In this document: positions 48,326 to 56,792 of the stretch, piece after piece
Position numbering within the stretch: the stretch's first letter is position 1
Layout of the letters: every line of letters starts with the position of its first letter
Assembly (NCBI GenBank): GCA_036802945.1
Contig: DAIRVG010000018.1
Location: 1-60,330, forward strand
DNA: 60,330 bases
From: Vicinamibacterales bacterium
GTDB lineage: Bacteria; Acidobacteriota; Vicinamibacteria; Vicinamibacterales; UBA2999
Reading direction: 5' to 3'
The notes under the pieces: model-generated
Database searches by the model: none
The model's input: only the letters and a program-made list of their open reading frames with translations
Told to the model about the DNA's origin: nothing
Made by a program: the position numbers and the translations under genes

Positions 48326-50122
48326 TCAGGATTTCTGTTCGGCGCGCTCACGCAGCTGGATATGAAGCTCGCGGAGCTGCTTTGCATCGACCGGTGACGG
48401 CGCGTCCGACATCAGGTCGACCGCCGTCGCGGTCTTCGGAAACGCGATGACCTCGCGGATGGAGCTTTCGTTCGAAAGGATCGCGGTCATGCGATCGAGC
48501 CCGAGCGCAATGCCGCCGTGCGGCGGGGTGCCGTATTCAAGCGCCTCGAGGAAGAAGCCGAAGCGAAGCTTTGCCTCCTCCGGGCTGATGTTGAGCAGTG
48601 AGAAGATCCGGCTCTGCATCGTCGAATCGTGGATACGAATGCTGCCGCCGCCGATCTCGCTGCCGTTCAGTACAAGATCGTACGCCTTCGCGCGCACGTG
48701 GCCCGGGTCGGTGTCCAGCTTTCCCATGTCCTCGTCATGCGGCGAGGTGAACGGGTGATGCATCGAGTTGTAGCGCTTCTCCTCGGGATCCCACTCCAGC
48801 AAAGGAAAGTCCACCACCCAGGTGAACGCATACTCGTCCGGCTTCAACAGGCCGTCTTTTTTCGCAAGAATCAGCCTCAGCTGGCCGAGCAGCTTCGACG
48901 TTGCGTCCGGCTCCCCCGCCGCGATGAACATCAAGCCGCCGTTGCCGGTCGAGGTCGCGTCGAGCATCTGCCTCACCGCGTCCTCGCCCATGGCCTTCAT
49001 CACCGAGCTCGTCACCGCGCCATCGTCCAATCGCCGGGCCCAGACGAGGCCCGTGGCGCCCAGCTGCTGCTTCGCCATGTCAACGATGCCGTCGACCTCG
49101 CTGCGGGAGTAGTGACTCGCTTTCGGGATGACAAAACCGCGTACGGTGCCGCCGTTGGCGACGATCTCCTTGAAGACGCGGAAGCTCGAGTCGCGGAACA
49201 GCTCGCGGAGATCCTGGATTGCCATCCCGGGACGGAGATCCGGCTTGTCGGAGCCGTACTGTGCGATCGCGTCGGCATACGACATGCGCGGAAACGGCGT
49301 CTTGATGTCGCGGCCGATGACCGCGAAGATGTCGCGCATCAGCGGCTCGATCACGCCGTAGATCGTCTCCGGCCGCGCGAACGACATCTCCACGTCGACT
49401 TGCGTGAATTCAGGCTGGCGGTCGGCTCGCAGATCCTCGTCACGGAAACATCGGCAGATCTGGACGTAGCGGTCCATGCCCGCGATCATCAGGATCTGCT
49501 TGAAGAGCTGCGGCGATTGCGGGAGCGCGAAGAACTCGCCCGGATGGACGCGGCTCGGGACGAGGTAGTCGCGGGCCCCCTCCGGCGTCGACTTCGTGAG
49601 GATCGGTGTTTCGATCTCGAGGAAGCCATTCGCGTCGAAATACTTTCGAATCGCCGCGGATACGCGGTGCCGCAGGATGATGTTGTTCTGCAGCCGCGGG
49701 CGACGGAGATCGAGATACCGGTACTTGAGCCGCACGTCTTCCGACACCGACGTGTCGTCGGCCACGGAAAACGGGGGCGTCTTCGCCTCGTTGAGGATCG
49801 TGAGTGTGCGGACAACGACCTCGACTTCGCCCGTCTCCAGCTTCGGATTGATCGTCTCGGCAGAGCGGCGACGGACGGTGCCCTGAACGCCGATGACGTA
49901 CTCCGATCGCAGCCGCTTCGCCTTCGTCATCAGCGGCTCGTTGTCTTTGTCGAAGACGGCCTGTGTGATGCCTCCCCGATCGCGGATGTCGACGAACAGG
50001 AGGCCGCCGAGGTCGCGAACTCGATGCACCCAGCCGAGCAGCACCACGTTGGCGCCGACGTCCGCCGGGCGGAGCGCGCCGCAATTGTGAGTGCGAGTCA
50101 GTTCACCGAGTTGCTCAGCCAC
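48326..50122 (-). CDS. aspS: Aspartate-tRNA ligase
   Basis: RTHNCGAL, RLKYRYLDLRR, GARDYLVPSR, ALPQSPQLFKQ, PPHGGIALGLDR. Confidence 0.98.
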   Translation of the reverse strand: MAEQLGELTRTHNCGALRPADVGANVVLLGWVHRVRDLGGLLFVDIRDRGGITQAVFDKDNEPLMTKAKRLRSEYVIGVQGTVRRRSAETINPKLETGEVEVVVRTLTILNEAKTPPFSVADDTSVSEDVRLKYRYLDLRRPRLQNNIILRHRVSAAIRKYFDANGFLEIETPILTKSTPEGARDYLVPSRVHPGEFFALPQSPQLFKQILMIAGMDRYVQICRCFRDEDLRADRQPEFTQVDVEMSFARPETIYGVIEPLMRDIFAVIGRDIKTPFPRMSYADAIAQYGSDKPDLRPGMAIQDLRELFRDSSFRVFKEIVANGGTVRGFVIPKASHYSRSEVDGIVDMAKQQLGATGLVWARRLDDGAVTSSVMKAMGEDAVRQMLDATSTGNGGLMFIAAGEPDATSKLLGQLRLILAKKDGLLKPDEYAFTWVVDFPLLEWDPEEKRYNSMHHPFTSPHDEDMGKLDTDPGHVRAKAYDLVLNGSEIGGGSIRIHDSTMQSRIFSLLNISPEEAKLRFGFFLEALEYGTPPHGGIALGLDRMTAILSNESSIREVIAFPKTATAVDLMSDAPSPVDAKQLRELHIQLRERAEQKS

Positions 50123-51470
50123 GTTGTCTCAATGCCTCGAGTATCGCCGCGCCCGCCGCGGATTGATCGTACGTTTCCTGGGACTGCGCCGCGAGGTTCT
50201 TGACCGTTACTTTCCCGTTACTGATCTCGTTCTCGCCCAGCAGCGCAACGAAGGGGATGCCGCGCGAATCAGCGTACTTGATCTGCTTGCCGATCTTCTC
50301 CGCGTCCGGGTACACGAAGACGCGCAACCCGGCTCCTCGGAGGGTTCCCGCCAGGCGCAGCGCGGCCGCGGCGCCCGCAGCGTCAAATGTCGCAATCATG
50401 ACGTCGGCAGGTGTCGTGGCCAACGTCGGCGGAAACATGTTGCGCTCGGTCATCACGACGAGGATCCGCTCGAGACCGAGCGAGAACCCGCACGCGGGAA
50501 TGTTCTGGCCGAGAAACATACCTACGAGGTTGTCGTACCGGCCGCCGCCGCCGAGGCTGCCGGCGAGGTCGGCGACGTTGATCTCCATGATCGCGGCCGT
50601 GTAATACGACAGGCCGCGTGCCAGGCTCGGATCGAAGCGAACCTTACCTACGGCGCTCGTCTGTTCCGCGAGATTCAGTATCGAGCGAAGGTTGGTCAAG
50701 GCCTCGCTGCCCGTCCGATCGTCTCCGACAAACCGCGCGATCCGATCGATGTCGCCGGAGGCCGGGTCGTCCTTTGGACCCGGCGGCTCTGCGCCAAAGA
50801 TTTCCAGCAGTGCTGATGTGGCGTGCCCCGGAATACCTCGTTGCGCCAGCTCTCCCGCCACGCCGTCCACACCGATTTTGTCCAGCTTGTCGAGCGCGAC
50901 AAGCGTGTCTCCATGAAGCGATGGCGCGACACCCGCCACGCTGAGGAGCGCCGCCAGGAGCTGCCGGTGGTTGATCCGGATCACAAAGTCGTTGAAGCCC
51001 AGTTCGATCAGCGCATCCGACATGGCCGCGCACAACTCCGCTTCCACCACGGGCGACGTCGATCCGAGCGAGTCGACATCACACTGATAGAACTCACGGA
51101 ATCGCCCGCGCGCTGGGCGATCGGCGCGCCACACCGGCTGGATCTGATAGCGCTTGAAGATCCGCGGCAGCTTGCTTTGATACTGCGCGACGACACGAGC
51201 CAGCGGCACGGTGAGGTCGTAGCGAAGCGCCAGATCGGCCTGACCGCTGGCTTCGTGCTCCCCGCGCTTGAGGATCTTGAAAATGAGCTGGTTGCCTTCG
51301 TCGCCGTACTTCCCCAGCAGCGTCTCGATGTTCTCGACCGCCGGCGTCTCCAGCGGCTCGAATCCGTAGCGCTCGTAGACGCCCTTGATCTTGCCGATGA
51401 CGTATTCGCGACGCCGCACGTCCTCCGGCAGGAAGTCGCGCATGCCGCGCGCCGGCTCAGTGCGTGCCAT
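50115..51470 (-). CDS. hisS: Histidine-tRNA ligase
   Basis: RGMRDFLP, LRYDLTVP, RGRFREFYQCD, LARGLSYYT, GGGRYD, GFSLGLER. Start trimmed to ATG 51470. Confidence 0.97.
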   Translation of the reverse strand: MARTEPARGMRDFLPEDVRRREYVIGKIKGVYERYGFEPLETPAVENIETLLGKYGDEGNQLIFKILKRGEHEASGQADLALRYDLTVPLARVVAQYQSKLPRIFKRYQIQPVWRADRPARGRFREFYQCDVDSLGSTSPVVEAELCAAMSDALIELGFNDFVIRINHRQLLAALLSVAGVAPSLHGDTLVALDKLDKIGVDGVAGELAQRGIPGHATSALLEIFGAEPPGPKDDPASGDIDRIARFVGDDRTGSEALTNLRSILNLAEQTSAVGKVRFDPSLARGLSYYTAAIMEINVADLAGSLGGGGRYDNLVGMFLGQNIPACGFSLGLERILVVMTERNMFPPTLATTPADVMIATFDAAGAAAALRLAGTLRGAGLRVFVYPDAEKIGKQIKYADSRGIPFVALLGENEISNGKVTVKNLAAQSQETYDQSAAGAAILEALRQRG

Positions 51471-51578
51471 AACTACTGGTATGTCCTTCCCACACACTAC
51501 CGGCCGCGCCGCTGTCGCGGCCGGGAGATCGCACTCGAAGGCTTGTTGTGAGAGTACTCAATCAGTTGGGACAATCCA

Positions 51579-52136
51579 CTAGAGGCGCGGGAGTGTAAGT
51601 CCCTGCTGCTTCTGGTACTTCCCCTTCTTGTCGGCGTACGACACCTCGCACATTTCGTCGCTCTGGAAGAACAGCACCTGCGCGATGCCCTCGTTGGCAT
51701 ACACGCGCGCCGGCAGCGGCGTCGTGTTCGAGATCTCGAGTGTGACGTAGCCTTCCCACTCAGGCTCGAACGGCGTGACGTTGACGATCAGGCCGCAGCG
51801 CGCGTAGGTGGACTTTCCCACGCAGATCGTCAACACGTCCCGGGGGATGCGGAAATACTCGACCGTCTTCGCGAGCGCAAACGAGTTGGGCGGGATGATG
51901 CAGATCTCCGTCTTGAGATCGACGAAGGAACGCGAGTCGAAATTCTTCGGGTCGACGACCGTGCTGTTGATGTTCGTGAAGACCTTGAATTCGTCGGCGA
52001 CGCGGATGTCGTAGCCGTAGGACGACAGGCCGTACGACACGACTCCATCGCGGACCTGGCGATCCTCGAACGGCTCGATCATCCCGTGTTCGAGCGCCAT
52101 CTTCCTGATCCAGCGGTCGGCCTTAATCGATGGCAT
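51579..52136 (-). CDS. dcd: dCTP deaminase
   Basis: [36 protein letters not shown]. Confidence 0.97.
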   Translation of the reverse strand: MPSIKADRWIRKMALEHGMIEPFEDRQVRDGVVSYGLSSYGYDIRVADEFKVFTNINSTVVDPKNFDSRSFVDLKTEICIIPPNSFALAKTVEYFRIPRDVLTICVGKSTYARCGLIVNVTPFEPEWEGYVTLEISNTTPLPARVYANEGIAQVLFFQSDEMCEVSYADKKGKYQKQQGLTLPRL

Positions 52137-52150
52137 CGTTTATGACGTCC

Positions 52151-52348
52151 TCATCGCCTCCCCAGCCACATCATCAACAAGGTCAGGATGATGCTCGCGA
52201 GAATCGAAGTCGTGATCGGAAAATAAAACGCGAAATTTCCACGACGAATCGAGATGTCTCCCGGCAGCCGTCCAATTGGCACGCCGAGAGTGATCAACAG
52301 ACCCGCCGCCGCCAGGACAAGTCCAACAACTATAAGGAAACGTCCCAT
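52151..52348 (-). CDS. DUF2905 small membrane protein
   Basis: GRLPGDI...FYFPITTSIL signature. Confidence 0.88.
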   Translation of the reverse strand: MGRFLIVVGLVLAAAGLLITLGVPIGRLPGDISIRRGNFAFYFPITTSILASIILTLLMMWLGRR

Positions 52349-52384
52349 ACCGCACCTCCAGTGAGGCGCCTGCAGTTCCCGGGG

Positions 52385-52798
52385 CTAGATCAGCTCCATC
52401 CCGCGGAAGAAGTACCCCAGCTCGAACGCCGCGGTTTCCGGCGCGTCCGATCCGTGGGTGGCGTTCCGACCAATCGATTCGCCGAAATCCTTCCGGAGCG
52501 TTCCCGCATCAGCTTTGGCCGGATCGGTGGCCCCCATGGTATCGCGCCACTTTCTGATCGCATCCGGCGCTTCGAGCGCGAGCAGCACGCACGGACCCGA
52601 CGACATGAACGTCGTGAGCTCGCCGAAGAACGCCCGCTCGCGGTGGACGGCGTAGAACCCTTCCGCTTCCCGCTTGGTCAGGTGCTGCAGGCGCATTGCG
52701 CGGACTGTGAAGCCGGCCTCCTCGATGCGCGCCAGGATCTGTCCCGCGAGCTTGCGCTCGACGGCGTCCGGCTTGATGATGGCAAATGTCTTTTCCAT
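52385..52798 (-). CDS. ndk: Nucleoside-diphosphate kinase
   Basis: [23 protein letters not shown]. Confidence 0.98.
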   Translation of the reverse strand: MEKTFAIIKPDAVERKLAGQILARIEEAGFTVRAMRLQHLTKREAEGFYAVHRERAFFGELTTFMSSGPCVLLALEAPDAIRKWRDTMGATDPAKADAGTLRKDFGESIGRNATHGSDAPETAAFELGYFFRGMELI

Positions 52799-53670
52799 TA
52801 TTTCCCGAGCACCTCGCGCATTTTCGTACCCATATCGGCAGGACTCTTGACGACGTGGACGCCCGCTTTGGTGAGCGCGTCCATCTTTTCGGACGCCGTA
52901 CCTTGTCCGCCCGTGATAATCGCGCCCGCGTGTCCCATGCGCCGTCCGGGCGGCGCCGTCTGTCCCGCGATGAAGCCGACCACGGGCTTCCTGAATTCGC
53001 GCTTGATGAACGCCGCCGCGTCCTGCTCCGCCGTGCCGCCAATCTCGCCGATCATCGTCACTGCGTCGGTGTCGGGGTCGCCCCCGAACAGCGTCAGCGC
53101 GTCGATGAAGCTCGTGCCGATCAAGGGGTCACCGCCGATCCCGATGCACGTTGTCTGGCCCATGCCGACGCGGGTCAACTGGTGAATCGCTTCGTACGTG
53201 AGCGTGCCGCTCTTCGACACGATGCCGATCCGGCCTTCCTTGCAGATGTGCCCGGGAATGATCCCCGCCTTCGCCTGGCCGGCCGTGATGACGCCGGGGC
53301 AGTTCGGGCCGACGAGTCGAGTCTTCTTCCCTTCCATGAAGGTGAAGGCGCGGAGCATGTCGACCACCGGGATGCCCTCGGTAATGCAGACGACGAGCGG
53401 GACGCCGGCGTCGGTCGCCTCCATGATCGCGTCCGCCGCGAACGGCGGAGGAACGAAGATCACGGACACGTTGGCGCCGGTCTCTCGAATCGCGTCATGG
53501 ACGCTGTTGAAGATCGGCCACCCGTCGTGGGTCGTGCCCCCCTTGCCGGGCGTCACGCCGCCGACCACGGTGGTCCCGTATGCCGCCGCTTGTTTCGCGT
53601 GGAAGGTGCCTTCGCGCCCCGTCAGCCCCTGAACGATCAGTCGCGTGTTCCTGTCTAGTAGAACTGCCAC
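52798..53670 (-). CDS. sucD: Succinyl-CoA synthetase alpha subunit
   Basis: [35 protein letters not shown]. Confidence 0.98.
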   Translation of the reverse strand: MAVLLDRNTRLIVQGLTGREGTFHAKQAAAYGTTVVGGVTPGKGGTTHDGWPIFNSVHDAIRETGANVSVIFVPPPFAADAIMEATDAGVPLVVCITEGIPVVDMLRAFTFMEGKKTRLVGPNCPGVITAGQAKAGIIPGHICKEGRIGIVSKSGTLTYEAIHQLTRVGMGQTTCIGIGGDPLIGTSFIDALTLFGGDPDTDAVTMIGEIGGTAEQDAAAFIKREFRKPVVGFIAGQTAPPGRRMGHAGAIITGGQGTASEKMDALTKAGVHVVKSPADMGTKMREVLGK

Positions 53671-53672
53671 GT

Positions 53673-53723
53673 TGATGTGTGATTTCTGATTTGTGACTAG
53701 TGGTCTGTGAGACGTCGTGACTA
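53673..53723. repeat. Degenerate period-7 TGA.... repeat between sucC and sucD
   Basis: tgatgtg tgatttc tgatttg tgactag tggtctg tgagacg. Confidence 0.6.
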
Positions 53724-54899
53724 GACGCGCGCAGCCGTTGTGCTGGCCAGCGCGACCACCTTGTCCGCGGCTTCACCCATCGAATCGGCCGTCGTGAAAT
53801 TGAGGCCGCTTTCCCGCAGCATGCGCTTGCCTTCCTCCACGTTGGTGCCTTCCATGCGGATGACAATCGGCACGGGCACGCCCAGCTGTTTTACCGCGGC
53901 GATGACGCCCTGGGCGAGCACGTCGCAGCGCAGGATGCCACCGAAGATGTTGATGAGGACCGCCTTCACGTGCTTGTCGGCCATCAGGATCCGGAACGCG
54001 TTCTTGATCTGCTCCGCATTGGCACCGCCGCCCACGTCGAGGAAATTCGCCGGCTCGCCGCCCGCCAGCTTGATGATGTCCATCGTCGCCATCGCGAGTC
54101 CGGCGCCATTGACCATGCAGCCGATGTTGCCGTCCAGGCGGATGTAGTTGAGCGAGAACTTGGACGCTTCGACCTCGAGCGGATCCTCTTCGCTGAGATC
54201 GCGGAGCTCGCGCAGGTCCGGGTGCCGATAGAGCGCGTTGTCGTCGAGGGTGACCTTGGCGTCAAGGGCCAGGAGATCCCCGCCCTTGGTGAGGATCAGC
54301 GGATTGATTTCAATCATCGACGCATCAGTCTCGATGAACGCCTTGTAGATGGCGTCGAGCACGTTGACCATCTTCCCCGCCGGTCCCGACTCGAGCCCCA
54401 TCGCGAACGCAAGCTTGCGCGCCTGAAACGGAATGACGCCGGTCGCCGGGTCCACATGCTCGCGCAGGATCTTCTCGGGGTGGGTCGCGGCGACTTCTTC
54501 GATGTCCATGCCGCCGGCCGCGCTGGCGATGATCACGGGCCGACCGGCGGCGCGATCAAGCAGCATGCTCAGGTAGAGCTCGCGCTCGATTTGCAGGCCT
54601 TCTTCGATCAGCACGCGGCCGACGATGCGACCTTCGGGGCCCGTCTGGTGCGTAATGAGCGTCATGCCGATCATCTGCTTCGCGAGCCGCTCCGCTTCGT
54701 CGGGCGACTTGGCGAGCTTGACGCCGCCGCCCTTGCCGCGGCCGCCGGCGTGAATCTGCGCCTTGACGACAACGACACTCCCTCCGAGCCGCTGCGCGAT
54801 GGCCGCGGCGTCCAGCGAATTGGACGTGACTTCCCCGCGCGGAACGGGCACGCCGAACCGTGCGAGGATCGACTTGGCTTGATATTCGTGGATTTTCAA
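53721..54899 (-). CDS. sucC: Succinyl-CoA synthetase beta subunit
   Basis: [48 protein letters not shown] start at 54899. Confidence 0.98.
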   Translation of the reverse strand: MKIHEYQAKSILARFGVPVPRGEVTSNSLDAAAIAQRLGGSVVVVKAQIHAGGRGKGGGVKLAKSPDEAERLAKQMIGMTLITHQTGPEGRIVGRVLIEEGLQIERELYLSMLLDRAAGRPVIIASAAGGMDIEEVAATHPEKILREHVDPATGVIPFQARKLAFAMGLESGPAGKMVNVLDAIYKAFIETDASMIEINPLILTKGGDLLALDAKVTLDDNALYRHPDLRELRDLSEEDPLEVEASKFSLNYIRLDGNIGCMVNGAGLAMATMDIIKLAGGEPANFLDVGGGANAEQIKNAFRILMADKHVKAVLINIFGGILRCDVLAQGVIAAVKQLGVPVPIVIRMEGTNVEEGKRMLRESGLNFTTADSMGEAADKVVALASTTAARV

Positions 54900-54960
54900 G
54901 ACGTGTGGGACTCCAAAAGGCTGAACCGGATTGCGATTCAGCATTCCGAAGAACCCGCCC

Positions 54961-54990
54961 ATGTTATTCGGACCGGCGCTGAAGCGTCAA
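54961..54990 (-). promoter_or_regulatory. Candidate sigma70 promoter for the sucC run
   Basis: TTGACG-N18-TAACAT, about 60 nt upstream of sucC. Confidence 0.4.
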
Positions 54991-55025
54991 CGACGCCACG
55001 CTCTTTGCCGCCGCTCAGCAGCAGA

Positions 55026-55055
55026 TCCCAACTCCCGGCGCGTTGGGAGTTGGGA
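55026..55055. terminator. Hairpin downstream of paralog 1 (CTCCCAA family)
   Basis: TCCCAACTCCC-8 nt-GGGAGTTGGGA, perfect 11-bp stem; no U-tract. Confidence 0.5.
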
Positions 55056-55080
55056 CTTTGGGATGTGCCTGACAGCGAAC

Positions 55081-55467
55081 CTACTGGTAGAGAAACTTAT
55101 GGCCGGTTAAGCTCCCCAGTTCGTACCACGTTGTAATGGGCGGCGGCTCGTTCGCCGGCGCCTCACCAAACGTGATCATCGCGGTCCTTGGCAGGTTCCT
55201 CGGCCGCTCGATCGGGTTGGTCAACCCCCGATAGAACAGCTTCGTACGATCCGCATTCCGTACCTCGATGACGTCGAGCGTCGAGTGGCTGTCCATCACG
55301 TCGAATGAATACGTCCCCGCAGGCAGCAAGACACCCGGGAGCGACACCGCCCTGCTGAACGTGAGCCTGTTCTCGTGACCGAAGGCCCACACGTGGCTCG
55401 ACGCCGCCACGACGAGGCCGAGCACCAGCATGCCGCACGCAACCCGCACCGACTTCCAATTCATCAT
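55081..55467 (-). CDS. Small exported protein, tandem paralog 1
   Basis: Signal peptide; HENRLTFSRAVSLPGVLLPAGTYSF...WYELG...GHKFLYQ; AAGGAG RBS. Confidence 0.88.
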   Translation of the reverse strand: MMNWKSVRVACGMLVLGLVVAASSHVWAFGHENRLTFSRAVSLPGVLLPAGTYSFDVMDSHSTLDVIEVRNADRTKLFYRGLTNPIERPRNLPRTAMITFGEAPANEPPPITTWYELGSLTGHKFLYQ

Positions 55468-55490
55468 TTCCGTATCTCCTTGCCCTTAAC

Positions 55491-55516
55491 AACGCTTCGT
55501 AGGACGGACTCTTACA
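55491..55516 (-). promoter_or_regulatory. Candidate ECF-sigma promoter, copy 1
   Basis: TGTAAG-N16-CGTT(GTT). Confidence 0.65.
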
Positions 55517-55563
55517 GGTGGGGTGACGCTGCGGCGCTGACTACGGCGAAATGACCACGGCTC

Positions 55564-55588
55564 CCAGCTCCCACGTGATGGGAGTTGG
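55564..55588. terminator. Hairpin downstream of paralog 2 (CTCCCA family)
   Basis: CCAGCTCCCA-CGTGA-TGGGAGTTGG. Confidence 0.45.
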
Positions 55589-55617
55589 AAGCTTGGTCGT
55601 TGAAGAGTCGAGCGCTG

Positions 55618-56004
55618 TTACCGATAGAGAAACTGGTGGCCGAGTGAGTCGCCGATCTCGTACCACGCTGCGATCGGCGGCGGCTCGTTCGCCGACGTTT
55701 CACCAAAGACAACCGCCGTCGTCTTCGACATACCCGCCGGGCGCTGCACCGTGTTGGTGAACCCCATGTAGTACACCTTCGAGCGGGCCTTGTCCCGCAC
55801 GAGCACGATATCGAGCGACGACGTCGACCCAGCCAATTCGAACGTGTAGGACCCCGCGGGCAGTACGACGCCCGGGAGCGCGACCGGCCGGCTGAACGTC
55901 AGGTTGTTCTCGTGGCTCACACCCCAGGCGTGGCCCGACGCGACCACAAGAAGACCGAGCGCCACTGTTCCGCAGGCTATCCGCACCGTTTTCCAATTCG
56001 TCAT
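55618..56004 (-). CDS. Small exported protein, tandem paralog 2
   Basis: HENNLTFSRPVALPGVVLPAGSYTF...WYEIGDSLGHQFLYR; AAGGAGG RBS. Confidence 0.88.
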   Translation of the reverse strand: MTNWKTVRIACGTVALGLLVVASGHAWGVSHENNLTFSRPVALPGVVLPAGSYTFELAGSTSSLDIVLVRDKARSKVYYMGFTNTVQRPAGMSKTTAVVFGETSANEPPPIAAWYEIGDSLGHQFLYR

Positions 56005-56028
56005 CTCCGTATCCTCCTTGCCCCTAAC

Positions 56029-56054
56029 AACGTCGGCGGAGTGTCGGTCTTACG
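56029..56054 (-). promoter_or_regulatory. Candidate ECF-sigma promoter, copy 2
   Basis: CGTAAG-N16-CGTT(GTT); spacer sequence diverged but length kept. Confidence 0.65.
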
Positions 56055-56199
56055 GGCGAAGTGAGCACGACGGGGACTGCAGAGCCGGACGTTGCACCGG
56101 CCGCCGGGCTGCGAATGTGTCAACCACGAACGTCACGAAGCGTACGAAGCAGTGAATTGCTTCGTGCGCTTCGGATCTTCGTGGTTCAAGTTTGGAGAC

Positions 56200-56304
56200 G
56201 TAGAGGCGGGTCTCTAGACGGCGACGTAGAGGCGGGGTCTCTAGACGGCGACGTAGAGGCGGGTCTTTAGACGGCGACGTAGAGGCGGGTCTTTAGACCC
56301 GCCT
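56200..56304 (+). repeat. Four tandem copies (26,27,26,26 nt) of a GTAG-type REP
   Basis: GTAGAGGCGGGTCTYTAGACGGCGAC x3, then the complete palindrome GTAG-AGGCGGGTCT-TT-AGACCCGCCT; no spacers. Confidence 0.9.
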
Positions 56305-56315
56305 ATGCGTTGGAG

Positions 56316-56699
56316 CTACTGGTAGAGAAACTGGTGGCCGATTGAGTCACCGATTTCGTACCACGTTGCGATCGGCCGCACCTCATTTGCGCGCGCTTCG
56401 GCAAAGGTCACCGGCGTGTCCTTCGACATCCCCTTCGGGCGCTGAACGAGATTCGTGAACCCCATGTAGAACACCTTCGTGCGCGCGCGGTTGCGCACGA
56501 TCACCACGTCCATCGACGACTTCGAGTCCACCAGATCGAACGAGTACGCTCCAGCAGGCAGCACGACGCCCGGGAGCGCCACCGGTCTGCTGAACGTCAG
56601 CTGGTTCTCGTGGTTGACGAACGCGTGGCCCGATCCGGTCATGAGCAGAGCCAGCGCCGCAGCTCCCAGTGCAATCCGCACCAACTTTGAATACTTCAT
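56316..56699 (-). CDS. Small exported protein, tandem paralog 3
   Basis: HENQLTFSRPVALPGVVLPAGAYSF...WYEIGDSIGHQFLYQ. GGAGG spacing favours ATG 56699 over 56705. Confidence 0.88.
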   Translation of the reverse strand: MKYSKLVRIALGAAALALLMTGSGHAFVNHENQLTFSRPVALPGVVLPAGAYSFDLVDSKSSMDVVIVRNRARTKVFYMGFTNLVQRPKGMSKDTPVTFAEARANEVRPIATWYEIGDSIGHQFLYQ

Positions 56700-56722
56700 A
56701 TCCATTCCTCCCTGCCTTGAAC

Positions 56723-56748
56723 AACGTTGCGTAGGACGGATTCGTACA
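56723..56748 (-). promoter_or_regulatory. Candidate ECF-sigma promoter, copy 3
   Basis: TGTACG-N16-CGTT(GTT). Confidence 0.65.
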
Positions 56749-56792
56749 GACGTATGATTACGACCTGCTCCGCAAATAGGCCAGAAACTCGA

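Noticed and set aside
51500-51524. 9-bp hairpin between dcd and hisS as a REP or terminator
   Set aside because: The GTAG is on the wrong side for a REP, there is no U-tract, and it is a single occurrence in the window.
55430-56004. Lipoprotein lipobox in paralogs 1 and 2 (VAC-G, IAC-G)
   Set aside because: The Cys precedes the hydrophobic core and is absent in paralog 3; SPase I-type cleavage is more likely.
56200-56304. CRISPR array
   Set aside because: The units are back-to-back with no unique spacers and no cas genes; it is a tandem REP expansion.
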